The notes under the pieces were generated by a model, which had not been told where the DNA came from, ran no database searches, and worked only from the letters and a program-made list of their open reading frames with translations. 64,000 nt of DNA from Lytechinus pictus (Eukaryota): NCBI RefSeq assembly GCF_037042905.1, contig NC_087249.1, positions 15,872,001-15,936,000 of the forward strand. Reading direction: 5' to 3'. Below, piece by piece: positions 14,859 to 27,228 of the stretch (the stretch's first letter is position 1; each line of letters starts with the position of its first letter). Both the position numbers and the translations under genes were made by a program.

Positions 14859-15065
14859 GTACTGACCGCACAGACACGTTGTTAGCGCTAACAATGCGCT
14901 AACAGAGGCCCTGTTACAACAGGTAATGTGGCAGCGATGCCTAATGTTACAACAATACATTATTTACACATTGAAATAAATGTTTTGACTTCACAATCCG
15001 GAAGATGTGACTGGGCTTACTGTTAACGTTCTGTTAGACTAACAACGTTTCCGTGCGGTCGGTAC
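14859..15065. mobile_element. Hairpin MITE
   Basis: Imperfect inverted ends of about 45 bp, GTACTGACCGCACAGACACGTTGTTAG / CTAACAACGTTTCCGTGCGGTCGGTAC. Confidence 0.65.
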
Positions 15066-15480
15066 AGAATGGACTAATTCATCAAGAGCAGATATCAAAA
15101 ATATATCGTTACTTAGTCCCACCCCAATCCCCCCCCCCAAAAAAAAAAAAGAGATATAGAAATGTCCATTAAATCAATTCACTTCAAACCGGTCTAGTGA
15201 AAATTTTGCCTAATCACCGGCAGTCTTTTTTCTTTAATCTGTAATCTGAATTTGCATCTGAGAAGGGGTATGGTCTACAAATTTTCTACACTTCTGCATC
15301 TGACCTGTGCACCAAGAGTGAATGAAGATAACCACCCTAAAAAAGTAAATATTCCAGAAGCACTGAAGAAGCATTAATTCAAGAGAGGGAGAAATCAATA
15401 TCAGAAAACATATAAAAAATTACAATTTATAAATATATATATATATAATATATGTATTATAATTTTTGTTCATTTGACAT

Positions 15481-15609
15481 NNNNNNNNNNNNNNNNNNNN
15501 NNNNNNNNNNNNNNNNNNNNNNNNNNNNNNNNNNNNNNNNNNNNNNNNNNNNNNNNNNNNNNNNNNNNNNNNNNNNNNNNNNNNNNNNNNNNNNNNNNNN
15601 NNNNNNNNN
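15481..15609. other. Assembly gap (N run)
   Basis: 129 Ns. Confidence 1.
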
Positions 15610-15619
15610 CACAGATCAA

Positions 15620-15822
15620 TGCATGGCTAAGTGAGTGAATGAATGAATGGCTAAGTGGATGAATGAATGAATAAATGGCTAAGTGAGTGAATGAACGAAT
15701 GAATGGCTAAGTGAGTGAATGACTAATGAATGAATGGTTGGATGAATGAATGCATGCATTTATGCGAGCATACATGAATTAATGAATGGATGGATAGATG
15801 AATGGATGGATGGATAGATGAA
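15620..15822. repeat. (TGAA)n/(TGGA)n microsatellite
   Basis: Direct reading. Confidence 0.9.
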
Positions 15823-17624
15823 TCGTTATGTGATAAGACATATCTCACATATTAAATAATATATCAATACATAACCAATACTTAATCAATACTTCTACAG
15901 GAAGCAGACCAACTCCAACTTTCTTAAGAAAGTATTACTCATTCTTCTTCCAGCTAAACCTCTGACGCAAACATCATTTTATGGGTTTCTTATTCACTAC
16001 ATTTCATGTTCTCACTAAAAGGTCAACTCCCCCAATTCAGAGTAAAGTTTACCTCTGAACCCACATCAGTTTCAGAGATTGGAGTTTAGAGTTACAGAAA
16101 AGTATACTACCCTACATCATTTTGCAGAGTCTATTTTATATACTTCAGAGTATAGTCACCATCAGACTTACTCATGTATTTGTCTTCATCATCATCAAGT
16201 TATCATCTTTGATAAATACATGTATCTGTACATGATCTTGCTTTGATTTCGTCTCATTTAAGTCCGGTTGAAAGCAAAAGAGCATAGATCCCAACGACAA
16301 CACAACAGAATGAATAAATGGTTGAATGGATGGATGGATAGACGAATGGATGGATGCTCGTCCATGGACTTTCAAAATTGACCCTAAAGTAAACATTCTT
16401 TATTTCAGATCCCTTCTCAAAGGGACCCAAGTATTTTTCATGTTTTCCCTGGCCTTTATAATACCATTTTCACGTATCCAGAGTTGGAGATTACTTCTTG
16501 AGTTTGGAATTTTTTATACCCTTTTTACTTTACGCTCCCACATCTCTCGGCCAGGAAAAGCGAATACCTTTTCACGCTTTTCTGGAAGAGCATGATGTCG
16601 TTGTCCACCTTAAATGGCAGTACCCCCCCCCCCCCTTCCCCGCTCCCTCCCCAGGGTTCCTCAGGCAAGCGGAAGATCAACTTGATCTGGATTACCTCCT
16701 CACCATGATGGACTACATCGGGAGAACTTTCCACCAAGGTATTTTCAGGATACTCGTCGACAGAAGTCTACAATCCACGTCCTACTCCTTCTCATAGTAA
16801 AACTTGGTCCTTTCGTGCATGGAGGAAGTCAGTCGACTTGCATGGCCATTCAACAGTGACATCATCAAACCTCATCTCACCATCAGATAGCTGCATGCAG
16901 ATGGGCGGATGCCTTTCAAGTTCCAAGCAACTTTCTCCTATACAACTAACCCACTATACCAGCCATTATCTCCTGATGAAAACCTGCTCCATGAATTTCT
17001 TCGCTGACCAGGCCGCATGGATGGTGATGTGTAGCCTTCTCGAGGGTATAGATCTATTCCACTTCCTATTGTGGCTCAGGGTGTACTTGCAACAGACGGC
17101 AATCGATCTTATTGAAAGTCTTGGACCACTCCGGATTGGTTCTTTGCTGATGGAAAAACAGAACAGAAAACAAATGAAACAATCTGATACATGTTCCGTG
17201 TTTTCTTCTATGTCATCGAACAAAATAACAGACCCTTTGTAAAGAGCTACAACGTTATGGTTTGCATTGAGAACTTCCATCAGCCAATGACAATCATGGT
17301 TTCAGTGATAGTTAACAAAGTTAACAAAGTTGTCATAGTTTTAACACTAAAAGAAAAACAGACTCTACTCTTTTTTTCCTAGAGTCTCGTTAATCTCGTA
17401 TCAATCTGAAAAATCCCTGCAACCTAATTAAGTTGGTTCCTGTTGACACACATAATTGCTGTTTAAGACAACTCGAAAATATAAATTTGCAATTTGCATA
17501 AAAACAGCAAAATAAACAAGCACAATGAAATTTTTATCAAAATCTAATGTAAAACAAAAAAAGATACATTTAAAAAATCGTTCATTTTTCATAAAATAAA
17601 CTAAAGATACATTAAAATACATTG

Positions 17625-18280
17625 CCACTGGGCATAACAATGGATAACTCTGAATTTGAGAGAGTAGATCACTATATGATCATCTACCTTGGGCAACACA
17701 TCAGAATGGATCATGAAGAACTGGAAAAAGTTAAAAGTGGGACAAGGGCTGCATGGAACGCTTTGGGGAATTTCAATGACATTATCAAGAGCAATATGCC
17801 AATTTACCTTATTAAAACTTAAAAGAAAAGTTTTTAACCACTGTGTTCTACCGGCATTGACATATGGTTCCGATACTTGGTCTGTAACAAAGAAAATAGA
17901 ACAGAAACTAAAAACCACTCAACACAGTATGGAACGTACAATGCTACGGATATATCAAAACCTGACAGGAAAATCATACAATGGATTAGGAGCCAGACTA
18001 GAGTAATAGACATAATCAAAGCAATTAAAACAATGAAATGGTGATGAGCTGGCCACCTTGCAAGATCACATGACAATAGATGGACCAAACGCATCACAGA
18101 ATGGAGACCATGGCTAGGATCACAAAATCGGGGTTGACAAAAAACTGAAATGGAATGACGAGCTCACAAAGTGCATTGGCATAAAGTGGATTGCATCAGC
18201 ACAAGACAAGCACCTTTTGGCACCAACTTGAGGAGGCCTTCACCTTGCAGTGAGCTGGACATGGCTGATATAATGATGAC
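17625..18280 (+). mobile_element. 5'-truncated RTE-clade LINE (C-terminal RT region)
   Basis: YLGQ, KRKVFNHCVLPALTYGSDTW, AGHLARSHDNRWTKRITEWRP and LEEAF; frameshifted. Confidence 0.88.
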
Positions 18281-20339
18281 ATTAAACAATCGCTTATTTT
18301 TTTAAAATAAAATTAACTTATGCAAAACACGGTGATATGCAATAAATGAGAGAGATGGTGTCACACGAGCACTATTTATTTAATATTTCATTAAATGTAT
18401 TATACAATAATTTGATTTGTGTAAATTTGACAATAAGGAAGCTCTTCATTTAATCACAATTACAGCAATGGTAAATCCACATGTCTATGGAGGATTATGC
18501 TTTAAAATGGGGAATGGATTCAAATATTTTTTATTTCTTATAAAAAATGAAAGTAGAATACAAAATGTATAGTGAGTGCATGACGTCATCTTTTTCGTCA
18601 TAGGTCTACAGGAAGGATGTGCATAACTATTTTGTGAAAATTCGAAAATTAAAAATGGCGTAACTTTTTATTTTACATCCGATTTTGATCAGCGTTATGA
18701 TTGTTGCATTTTTTCCCTGCTTATTAAACCAATTTTGTTGAGGTTGACTTCACTTCTAGAGGCGGAGCTTAGTAACTTTAATAATGTTCTTTCAAAAATC
18801 TACGAAACATCCTATGCACAAGGCACCACTCCCCCCCCCCCCCCCCCCACAACAAAGGGAGAAGGGAAATGGAGAGGGGGGAGAAAAGGGAAGGAGAAAG
18901 GAGAGAGAAAGAGAAGGAAATTAGGGAAAACGAAAGAGAGGGAAAGAAAACGAATGAAAAGAATGGAAGATAAGGAAAAAGTAGGAAAAGGGAGAGTGGA
19001 ATTAAATGCCCTATTTTAATATACCCTTATTTATATACTTTTGATAGATGCCCCTTTTCTGTTCTAGTTTGTTCTGTTAATGTTCTGATGGCGTTCCTTT
19101 TCTTTGAGAACAAGTGTTCCTAAATGAAGGGGAAAAATCGTAAGAATAATCCTACGTGCCTTGAAGACCCAGACCAGACCAAAAAGGGAAATTGAAATCT
19201 CCATCGGCGGATCCAGGGGGTGAGTGGCCCGGCCCCCTCCCCCTATCGGCGGATCAAAAAAAGGGGGAAATAGGGGGAAGAAAAATAAGAGGAAAAAAGA
19301 GGAGGAAGACTTCGAGTGAATGAAATAAGGTGAGGGGAAGACCAGGGGAGTGTATTCGACAAGTCCCATTTTGTCCGACAGTTACCATAGTAACAGTGCT
19401 TCTTAGCCAATAAGATTCAAGGAAAAATGTCAGATCTGACAACTCGTCGGACGAAAATGTTGATGAAACGCTCCCCTGGAAAATAATTTTAAAACAAAAT
19501 CTTCATATCACTTTATTAAATTTGCGTTCGCATTGTAAGTTCGATGAGATACATATCTTGCTAAATGAATAGGGTGATATGGAGCTTAAAATGTCCAGTT
19601 TTGAAGTCAATATACAAAACATTTTTAGCTCGGACATCGAGCTTTCATTATTTTGTGTGATTTACAAATTTACAAAATTACAAACAGTGATCTGTAAAAT
19701 GTCCGTTTTATTTTCTGCTCGCGATTTGCGCTTGCATTAAATGTTAAAAATATATATATAAACACATTCTTCCTATTCCTAATTACAAGTGTTTTAAAAT
19801 CTCGCGCTTTCATTGGGTTCATTACATTAATAAATAAAATAACAATATTTTCATAAATTCCTTATAATGAAATTGTCCCTTTTTCGGAAAGGAATATCAA
19901 CAAGCATTATCTCGCGCTTATAGGAAGAGAAATAGGAAGATATTCAACAATTTTTCATATGAGAAAATGTCCTTAGAATGTCCTGGTCCTAGGTCAACAT
20001 CATTTATCAAGTGCAATCCATATCCACTTCATAATTTTCCCATACAGTGCTTGAAATGGTTTTTAAATGGACCCTTTTTACGATCGGAATATCAAATATT
20101 TCCAGCTCGCGCTTCGCGCTGCATTATTGATTTTCATGATACAAAATATATTTAAAATGGCCAGATTCTAGGTCTAAATGTGAAACATGAACACGTGTGT
20201 TTATCGAGATTAGCAGCTTGTTTTTTTATTTACAGTATGCTTAGATCTATACGCAGTTTCAGATCAGAATATATTTAAAAAAAATCAGCTGGAAAGCGGT
20301 GAAAATGCAGAAAGCTGACATTTCTGTGTTAATGCATAT

Positions 20340-22672
20340 GGGCATTTTCACCACAGATGGACACAGAGGCAAAAAAATCAAATTGATATTCATGTCAAAT
20401 GCTTTATGTTTTTTTATAAAACAAGACCTGAAGTTTCTGAGACAAAAAATTTTTCCGACTCTGGCAGCCATTTTTTATTTCAAAATGGCTGCCAAAGTAT
20501 GGATACAAATTAGTGTTGAAAATAGTATACTGATACATATTTTGTTTTGACAGATTTTTAAAGAACAGGTTTGATCATGATGTTTTCGCCTGTGATTTAG
20601 CTTGCTATTATAACACTTTTTAAAATCCCACAGAAAGAAACACCAGTAATTCATTCATCTGATAAAAAAACATTGATGAAGTATGTGATATGGTATGTAA
20701 TGTCAGTTACCGAAAACATGAACTTTTTTTTCTCATTTCCTGGAAAAGAGGATATATTATATGAAACTTGGTAGATTTCCTCTCTAGGTAACACCCCTCC
20801 CTTCTACACCAAAATTAAAGATTACCAATTAACAATGAAGCCATAGGGTACCATCAAATATATGTAATGTCAGTTACCAAGTGGAAAATGTAATGTCAGT
20901 TACCGAGATGTAATGTCAGTTACCATGATAAAACGTTGGTTACCAATATTGAAATGCAAATACGTGGTCAATTTTATGGTGAAGAAATATTGTATACTTG
21001 TTATTTAAGTCTTTCACTTTAAAAGTCACACCAGAAGGAGCTTGCTATTGACTTTTAAAAGGTATAGTTCACAAGGAATACTATATGAAATTATGAAGGA
21101 AGTTGCATTCCCATTGTGCAAAAAAAAATTACTATGAAATTGTTTTGTACATGAACTTACCAAGTACCTAATTGTTTCTATCAGACAATTTTTTGTTTGG
21201 TTTTCGGGGGGGGGGGGGAGGTAGGGGGTACTTTTCCCAACCTATTGCCTAAATCTGCAACATTTTTTAAGCTTAACATTGTGATGAAGGGGATTTCCAG
21301 GGTCCCTTTTTTAGTTTCTAGGATTCTCTTGAGCATTGCCTCGCTAAAAGTAAATTCCTGGTTTTTATACCTTTTAGTAGTGTGGATGTGTGATACAATT
21401 TTGTTTTTGGTTTACAAGTATAGATGAAAAGTGAAATTTGACAGTTCTGATCAATGTTGCATGGATCTACTAAAACTGTTTTTTTTTCTAATTTACAAAT
21501 AGTTCAGTTTCTGTTTCGAAGCTGGAGTTTATTTTTTGTTGACAGCTTAAAAAAGAAATTAGCAAAGAAAATGATTAAACAAATTATGAAGAGAATTGAA
21601 ATCCGACAGATATGAACAAGCATTGCTTGCACTGACCAGAATAGAAATCAATAAAACGACATGGCTGCATGAGATTCGGGGGAGGGGTACGTGTAGCCTA
21701 GGGGAGGAGACCCTTATCCATTTTGCCTTTTTTGAGGGGAGGGGGAGGTTGGAGAAGGAAAAGGTTTAAAAAGTTAATATAAAACTGATGAATATATTAT
21801 GGGTGTATAGTCAGAAAAATCCATGTGTATAGTCAATGCAATATTAAATTACTATAGGAAAACATGTAGCAGCTATGACCCCACCCCCACCCCCCCCCCC
21901 CGAGTAAGTAAAACATACATTTCTTATCTTTTGATAATTAAAAATGTGAAGTATTATGAAACTTTTATGATTTTAAAAAGCCTTACATATAAGTACCAAG
22001 AAAATTATGCCTTTGAAAATTATATAGCACTGGTAAATGTTAATGTGTATTGTCAGTTACCGACAAGTAATTATAAAAATGTTCAAATCAAAGAAAGGAA
22101 TTAAGAAAAAGAAAAAGTTTTTTCATTGAAATGTTCCTAGATACTCGGGTATACTTCCACATCAAGCTCACTTTCATGTGAAGCCCTGCACAGAAGATAC
22201 AATGCAATGATTCCACACATTTGACTTACATGTGTTATCTCTATGGCAAATTAAGTGTAATGTCAGTTACCGTAATGTCAGTTACCAGCATGGTTGTGGA
22301 AAAATTATCATAGCCCCCAAAAGACAAAAACAAATTCTTTAATATTTTGACACATCTTAACCTAGTAACGGAGGTATATTAACATATTCAAATTATTACT
22401 CTTTCTACTCAGGGACATGAGATATTTCAATTTTAATGAACACCCTGAAATTGCATGTCCTTTTGCGTAATGTCAGTTACCGACACATTTTTGCTTGCTG
22501 ATGCGTAAAAAAATAATGTTACATAAGAAAACTTAGTATCAGAGTATACAGCAAGGTTCACTTTATTAACTCTATCAAAAGCAAACTCCCATCATTTGTT
22601 GTTTTAGAGATACACACAATGAAAGGTGTGAAAACATTGTGCCGTGTAATGTCAGTTACCGTGAAAATGCCC
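20340..22672. mobile_element. Non-autonomous TIR element with 4-bp TSD (Sola2-like)
   Basis: Perfect 12-bp TIR GGGCATTTTCAC / GTGAAAATGCCC; ATAT TSD; repeated internal GTAATGTCAGTTACC. Confidence 0.8.
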
Positions 22673-23900
22673 ATATGAGTTTATATTCATTAAGCTTTCG
22701 ACTGGTATGATATGTCAATTTCACTTTTGGGCTTGGTCTGTGTCTTCAAAGTTTCATGAGTCACGTGAGTGGGTAGATAAGCCTTTTTTTTCTTCTAAAG
22801 AAAAGGTGCCCTTTCTCCATGTGCCCCCCTCTTTGTACTTCGCTCTGCCCCCTCTGCATTTTTTTGTTTACTAAGATAAGTATTTGTAGGAATTTGTCAA
22901 ATTGTCCAAACTGCTTTCGAGGTAGTTATATTCCTTTATTGGAATAGATATCACATTGACGATTACAAAGAGTGCTAGAATATTCGTATTAAGGTCAGTA
23001 CATTATATATGCTCCACGTCTGCATGTTTGTTCTATAAGATAGGACATATCGTATCCATGTCTACAATAAAACATTTTCAAGTCAATATATATCAAAGTC
23101 TTTCAACTCGCGCTTTGTTTTTGCAATTTTTTTTATGAGATTTGGGCCGTTTTCAGATCTTGATTTGAAAAAAAATCAGCTCGAACTTCGCGCTCGCATT
23201 ATTTGTTTCGTGATAGAAACTTATACATATCTTATACGTGTTTTTTTTTACTCAAGATAAATTGATCAAACTTTTAAACAAGTTGTTCATTTCTCAAACA
23301 ACTTGCTTAAAATTTAAACAAATTGTTTTTAAAGGTTACTAGTTTAAACAATAGTGGTAACTTAGAGTGACGGTCGTAAACAATGTCCTTGAAATATTAA
23401 ACATTTTTACGGCAATATACAACAAAAAATCAAGATATCATTTTTTTAAACAGGCAAATACTAAAGTTTATTCATTTATGACCCGTTTTTCTCTATAATT
23501 TTGGTGTTATTTTTATGTATTCACCAAACATACCAAAGCGCTGAAAAAAATTAAGCATATTTTCGTGAGACCCCTATCGATGGAATTTGTATTATGATTA
23601 GAAAAAAAACATTTTAAAGGCTTTAATTTAGTTTTAACCAAGGCATATAATGATGAATTACTGTGGTAGAAATTAAACTGACTGTGCCCCGAAGTCAAGC
23701 ATTTACCCACTAGATCAAAGGAAATTAAGCCAAACATTACCAATCTTATTTCACCACACAGTGGTTACCGAGCAGAATGTTATGTCATAAACTTGTACAT
23801 ATTAAGAGTGAATCTCGGTGATTGTAAAACACCACTTGAGCAACTTCTAAAGACGTCCTTAAAACAATGTTTTTGACATTGAAATAATCATTTCACTTAC

Positions 23901-23948
23901 CTGATTATCACCAAACCTATGTTTGAAATCGCTTCCTAAAGTTCCCAT
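23901..23948 (-). CDS. Possible first coding exon of a second gene (MGTLGSDFKHRFGDNQ)
   Basis: AGGATGG start context, perfect CAG|GTAAGT donor, CpG-rich upstream region. No downstream exon identified. Confidence 0.25.
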
Positions 23949-25349
23949 CCTTTTACTCTCGATCGTACGCAGTAATGATTATCAGAAGGATGCCCATTTT
24001 TGTTTGAGAATACATGCCCGCTATTTAAATCCTTCTCTCGTTGTCGTTGTAAGTACGGTAGTTATTATTTGTCGTACTCGTCCTGTTGGCGAAATTCATC
24101 ACTCTCTTCTGCCACGCAGCTTTTAAAAATGTCCCGCCATTCATCGCTAGATTTCGCCTCAGTGCGTAACAATAGACCTATCAAGGATGGACATTCGTCG
24201 TTTTGTGAGAGGGGGGTCTTCTTTTTATTTGGCAACCAGTCAATTTGACTATTTATTGTGAGTGGATTCATAGAGATTGTCTCCGTCAATGTCGTTTCAA
24301 TGAAATTAAATACTGCATGTTTCTTTGGTTTGATAAAATGTTAAAGGGAAATCCATCGTAAAATAAATTGGTTTGTATCAAAATTGGATGAGAAATACGA
24401 AAGTTATTACATAGTTTCGCTTCATTTTAAATGCAAGTTAGGCTATATAGCACATCTTGTTCGGTATGCAAACGTGACTGTAGCCATGACACCCCCACTC
24501 CGTATTTCTTTTGTTTTATTACGTAAGATATGAAATATTCTTTTAACATTTTTCACCCCATTTTTTCACCTCCGAAAAGTGAATGACCATTTCCCCCCCA
24601 AAAAATGCTTAAACAAAAATCACAATTTTATTTTCAAAATGGCAAAGTGATTAGTTCATGAATTTAATTTAATTTAATTGAAAATGTGCAATATTTCACC
24701 CCCCCCCCCCCCAGGTTCGGCTATGTTTGTCTCTTCACTATAAAAAATAACTACATTTCCAACTAAAGCCATGACGAGTTTCCTCAGAATTATAAGTTAT
24801 GATTTTTTTTCTAAATAGTGTCCTGAATGCCCTAACAATTGTTAAATAAAGGAATAGCAATCCATCTCAATGTGAGAAAACGATAATACTGATAAAAAAA
24901 CCCCATATTTTTAGCTTAAATCTTTCAACTAATCCTTTGCCGCTTTAGTAAAACGCGTTTAGAGCACTTAGCGGAGCAGAAAAAAAAAGAAAAAAGGGGA
25001 AAGAAAGAAAAAAAAAGAGAGGAGAAAATGAAGAGGAAAGAAAGATGATTTAATAATTAAACTGTCCCTTCTTCGCCATTATGGCAACTTCCATGGTAAC
25101 ATTGATTGTGATTGGCTGCTGAGCCCTGTTGTCACGGTAGTTGACATAATGGGAAGGTTACACAGTTGTTATTCTTTATGAAACGGACCCCAGTTTTTTA
25201 TTAAGAGCGATCCACAAATTAACCCTTTTTCAGATCGGAATATCAAATATTTTAAGCTCGCGCTTCGCGCTCGCTTTATTGATTTTCATAATAAAAGATG
25301 TATTTAGAATGCCTAGATTTTAGGCGAATTCACTAAGACCATACGTATT

Positions 25350-25924
25350 TCACTAACCGAAGGGTGCGGGCGCGAAGCGCGAGCTGAAAATTTTTGATAT
25401 TCAGATTATAAAAAGGAACATTTTAAGGACTGATCTTAGGAATTGATGAAGAGCAGATATATATCACCAATCAACTCATGCGAACGTAAGCACGGACAAG
25501 AAATGTTTTATATAAAGGACTTAAAATGGGGCAATCACTTTAAGTAGTCATGAAAAAGAAGCATATGTCACTACATAAAACAATAATAACTCGAAGTGCA
25601 AGGAAATAAATTTGGTGTATGTTTACTTGAAAACGGGAGGTTTTACTACAACAGGATTATATATCTCGTTAAATAGACAGTGCGAGCACCAGGAACAATG
25701 AAGACATAGGCCCTGAGCAAATTATGTTTCATAAAGTTATGAAAAAATGTTTCTTAAGCAATATAACATAACATAATTATAATTATAATTAACAATAGAT
25801 TCTTCTTTCCCGCTACGTTTCTCTCCCTTTCTCCCTCTTTTTCTCCTTTTCCCCGTTGTTTTTTTTGGCCAGCTGATGGGGGGGGGGGCACGTGCCCCCA
25901 TGCCCCCTTGTAGTTACGCCACTG
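25350..25924. mobile_element. hAT-like MITE fragment
   Basis: Ends GTAGTTACGCCACTG; same family as 61453-62896. Confidence 0.65.
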
Positions 25925-27069
25925 AACCCTGGTAAATCTGACCTTTTTGTTGTATTTAATATTCTCATAAGAACGACATAATGATTCTTCCGAATTTCCT
26001 TATTTTCTTCCAGGGCACTTGATTAAGGGTGTTTGGTAGTATAGTTATCAAATAAGATAAATAAAAGACAGGTAACATTTACAAATCGTTGTGTGTTATC
26101 ATTTGATTACATTTCCGTTATTCAAAATATATGAAATAAAAATAAATTAAAACGGCTCTCGACATTAATAAGCATTAATATATAATGTAGAAACGTAATT
26201 TCAATGGAATGGGGTTTTGCATTTTCTCCACATTTTATATTCATCATTAAGACTTTATGTAAAGCAAACAACACCACGCAATTACAATGGCTACTTACAA
26301 TCACTGTGATATAAATATTAAAAAAATATTGTAACACTTAAAACTGGATCAGCAATCCGTATTATTTACATAAAAAACACATAATATTTAGTTGAATACA
26401 GTACAACATTGAATTTAAAGACGATTACGTTTAAGGCTGCCCGTTTTCTCCAATTCATTTTTTTGATCAAATGCAATACAATATGAGCTCGCCCCGTAGA
26501 AATAAAAGTATAATAATAGTATCAATACGTTTAAAAAGTAGAACGGTTATAGTTTCCAATGAAAATATCATTTCATAATTTGGATAATGAAGGTGAAGAT
26601 AAAGGCGATATACAATTAAACCCCAGAAAGGATCATTTCATATACTTCAAATATTCTAATAATCCTAATGGATTTGACGTATTTTACAAATGACTATCAT
26701 TTTTACGACTAAGAGTTCTCTTTCTCATCTAGTATTATTATGACTGCCTATTCACGCAACGGTTTTAAGAGTATTATCAAAACGAAGGCATATATCTCTG
26801 AAGTTTCATTTTTGCTCTTAAAACTTCGGGCTTTATATATAAAACACACATTTCAAATAATAAGCAGGTGATTAAGCCGAGCTAGAACCAATTATCAGAA
26901 GTATATTTTGCATTTATATAATGCCGTAAGAATATATATTATTTGTTATATTAAGAAAATAACTATTCAAATGCAATTCAGTTCAGTTATCAGAATACCC
27001 TTAACAAAAAATATACGGGAGGGGGATCTATTGCCATGTCGGTGGACCCTAGTAAGTCAAATTAAACCA

Positions 27070-27228
27070 TCATTCATAGATCGTAGCAATGCTGTTATAG
27101 ATCGTACTCGTGGTCGAACGCCTGGAACCCGAACCCCGTTCTCCTTTTGGTTGACCGTTAACCGTGGTTGAATTGTTGGTGCGAGAGCCAGGATAGTCGT
27201 AATGTGAGCTCCTCATGGAAGATGACGT
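27070..27228 (-). CDS. Terminal coding exon
   Basis: tttaaag|TSSSMRSSHYDYPGSRTNNSTTVNGQPKGERGSGSRRSTTSTIYNSIATIYE*; phase 0; resembles the preceding exon. Confidence 0.75.
   Translation of the reverse strand, partial: TSSSMRSSHYDYPGSRTNNSTTVNGQPKGERGSGSRRSTTSTIYNSIATIYE

Noticed and set aside
18735-19442. Lys/Glu/Arg-rich ORFs (also 14345-14614)
   Set aside because: Translations of purine-rich low-complexity tracts.
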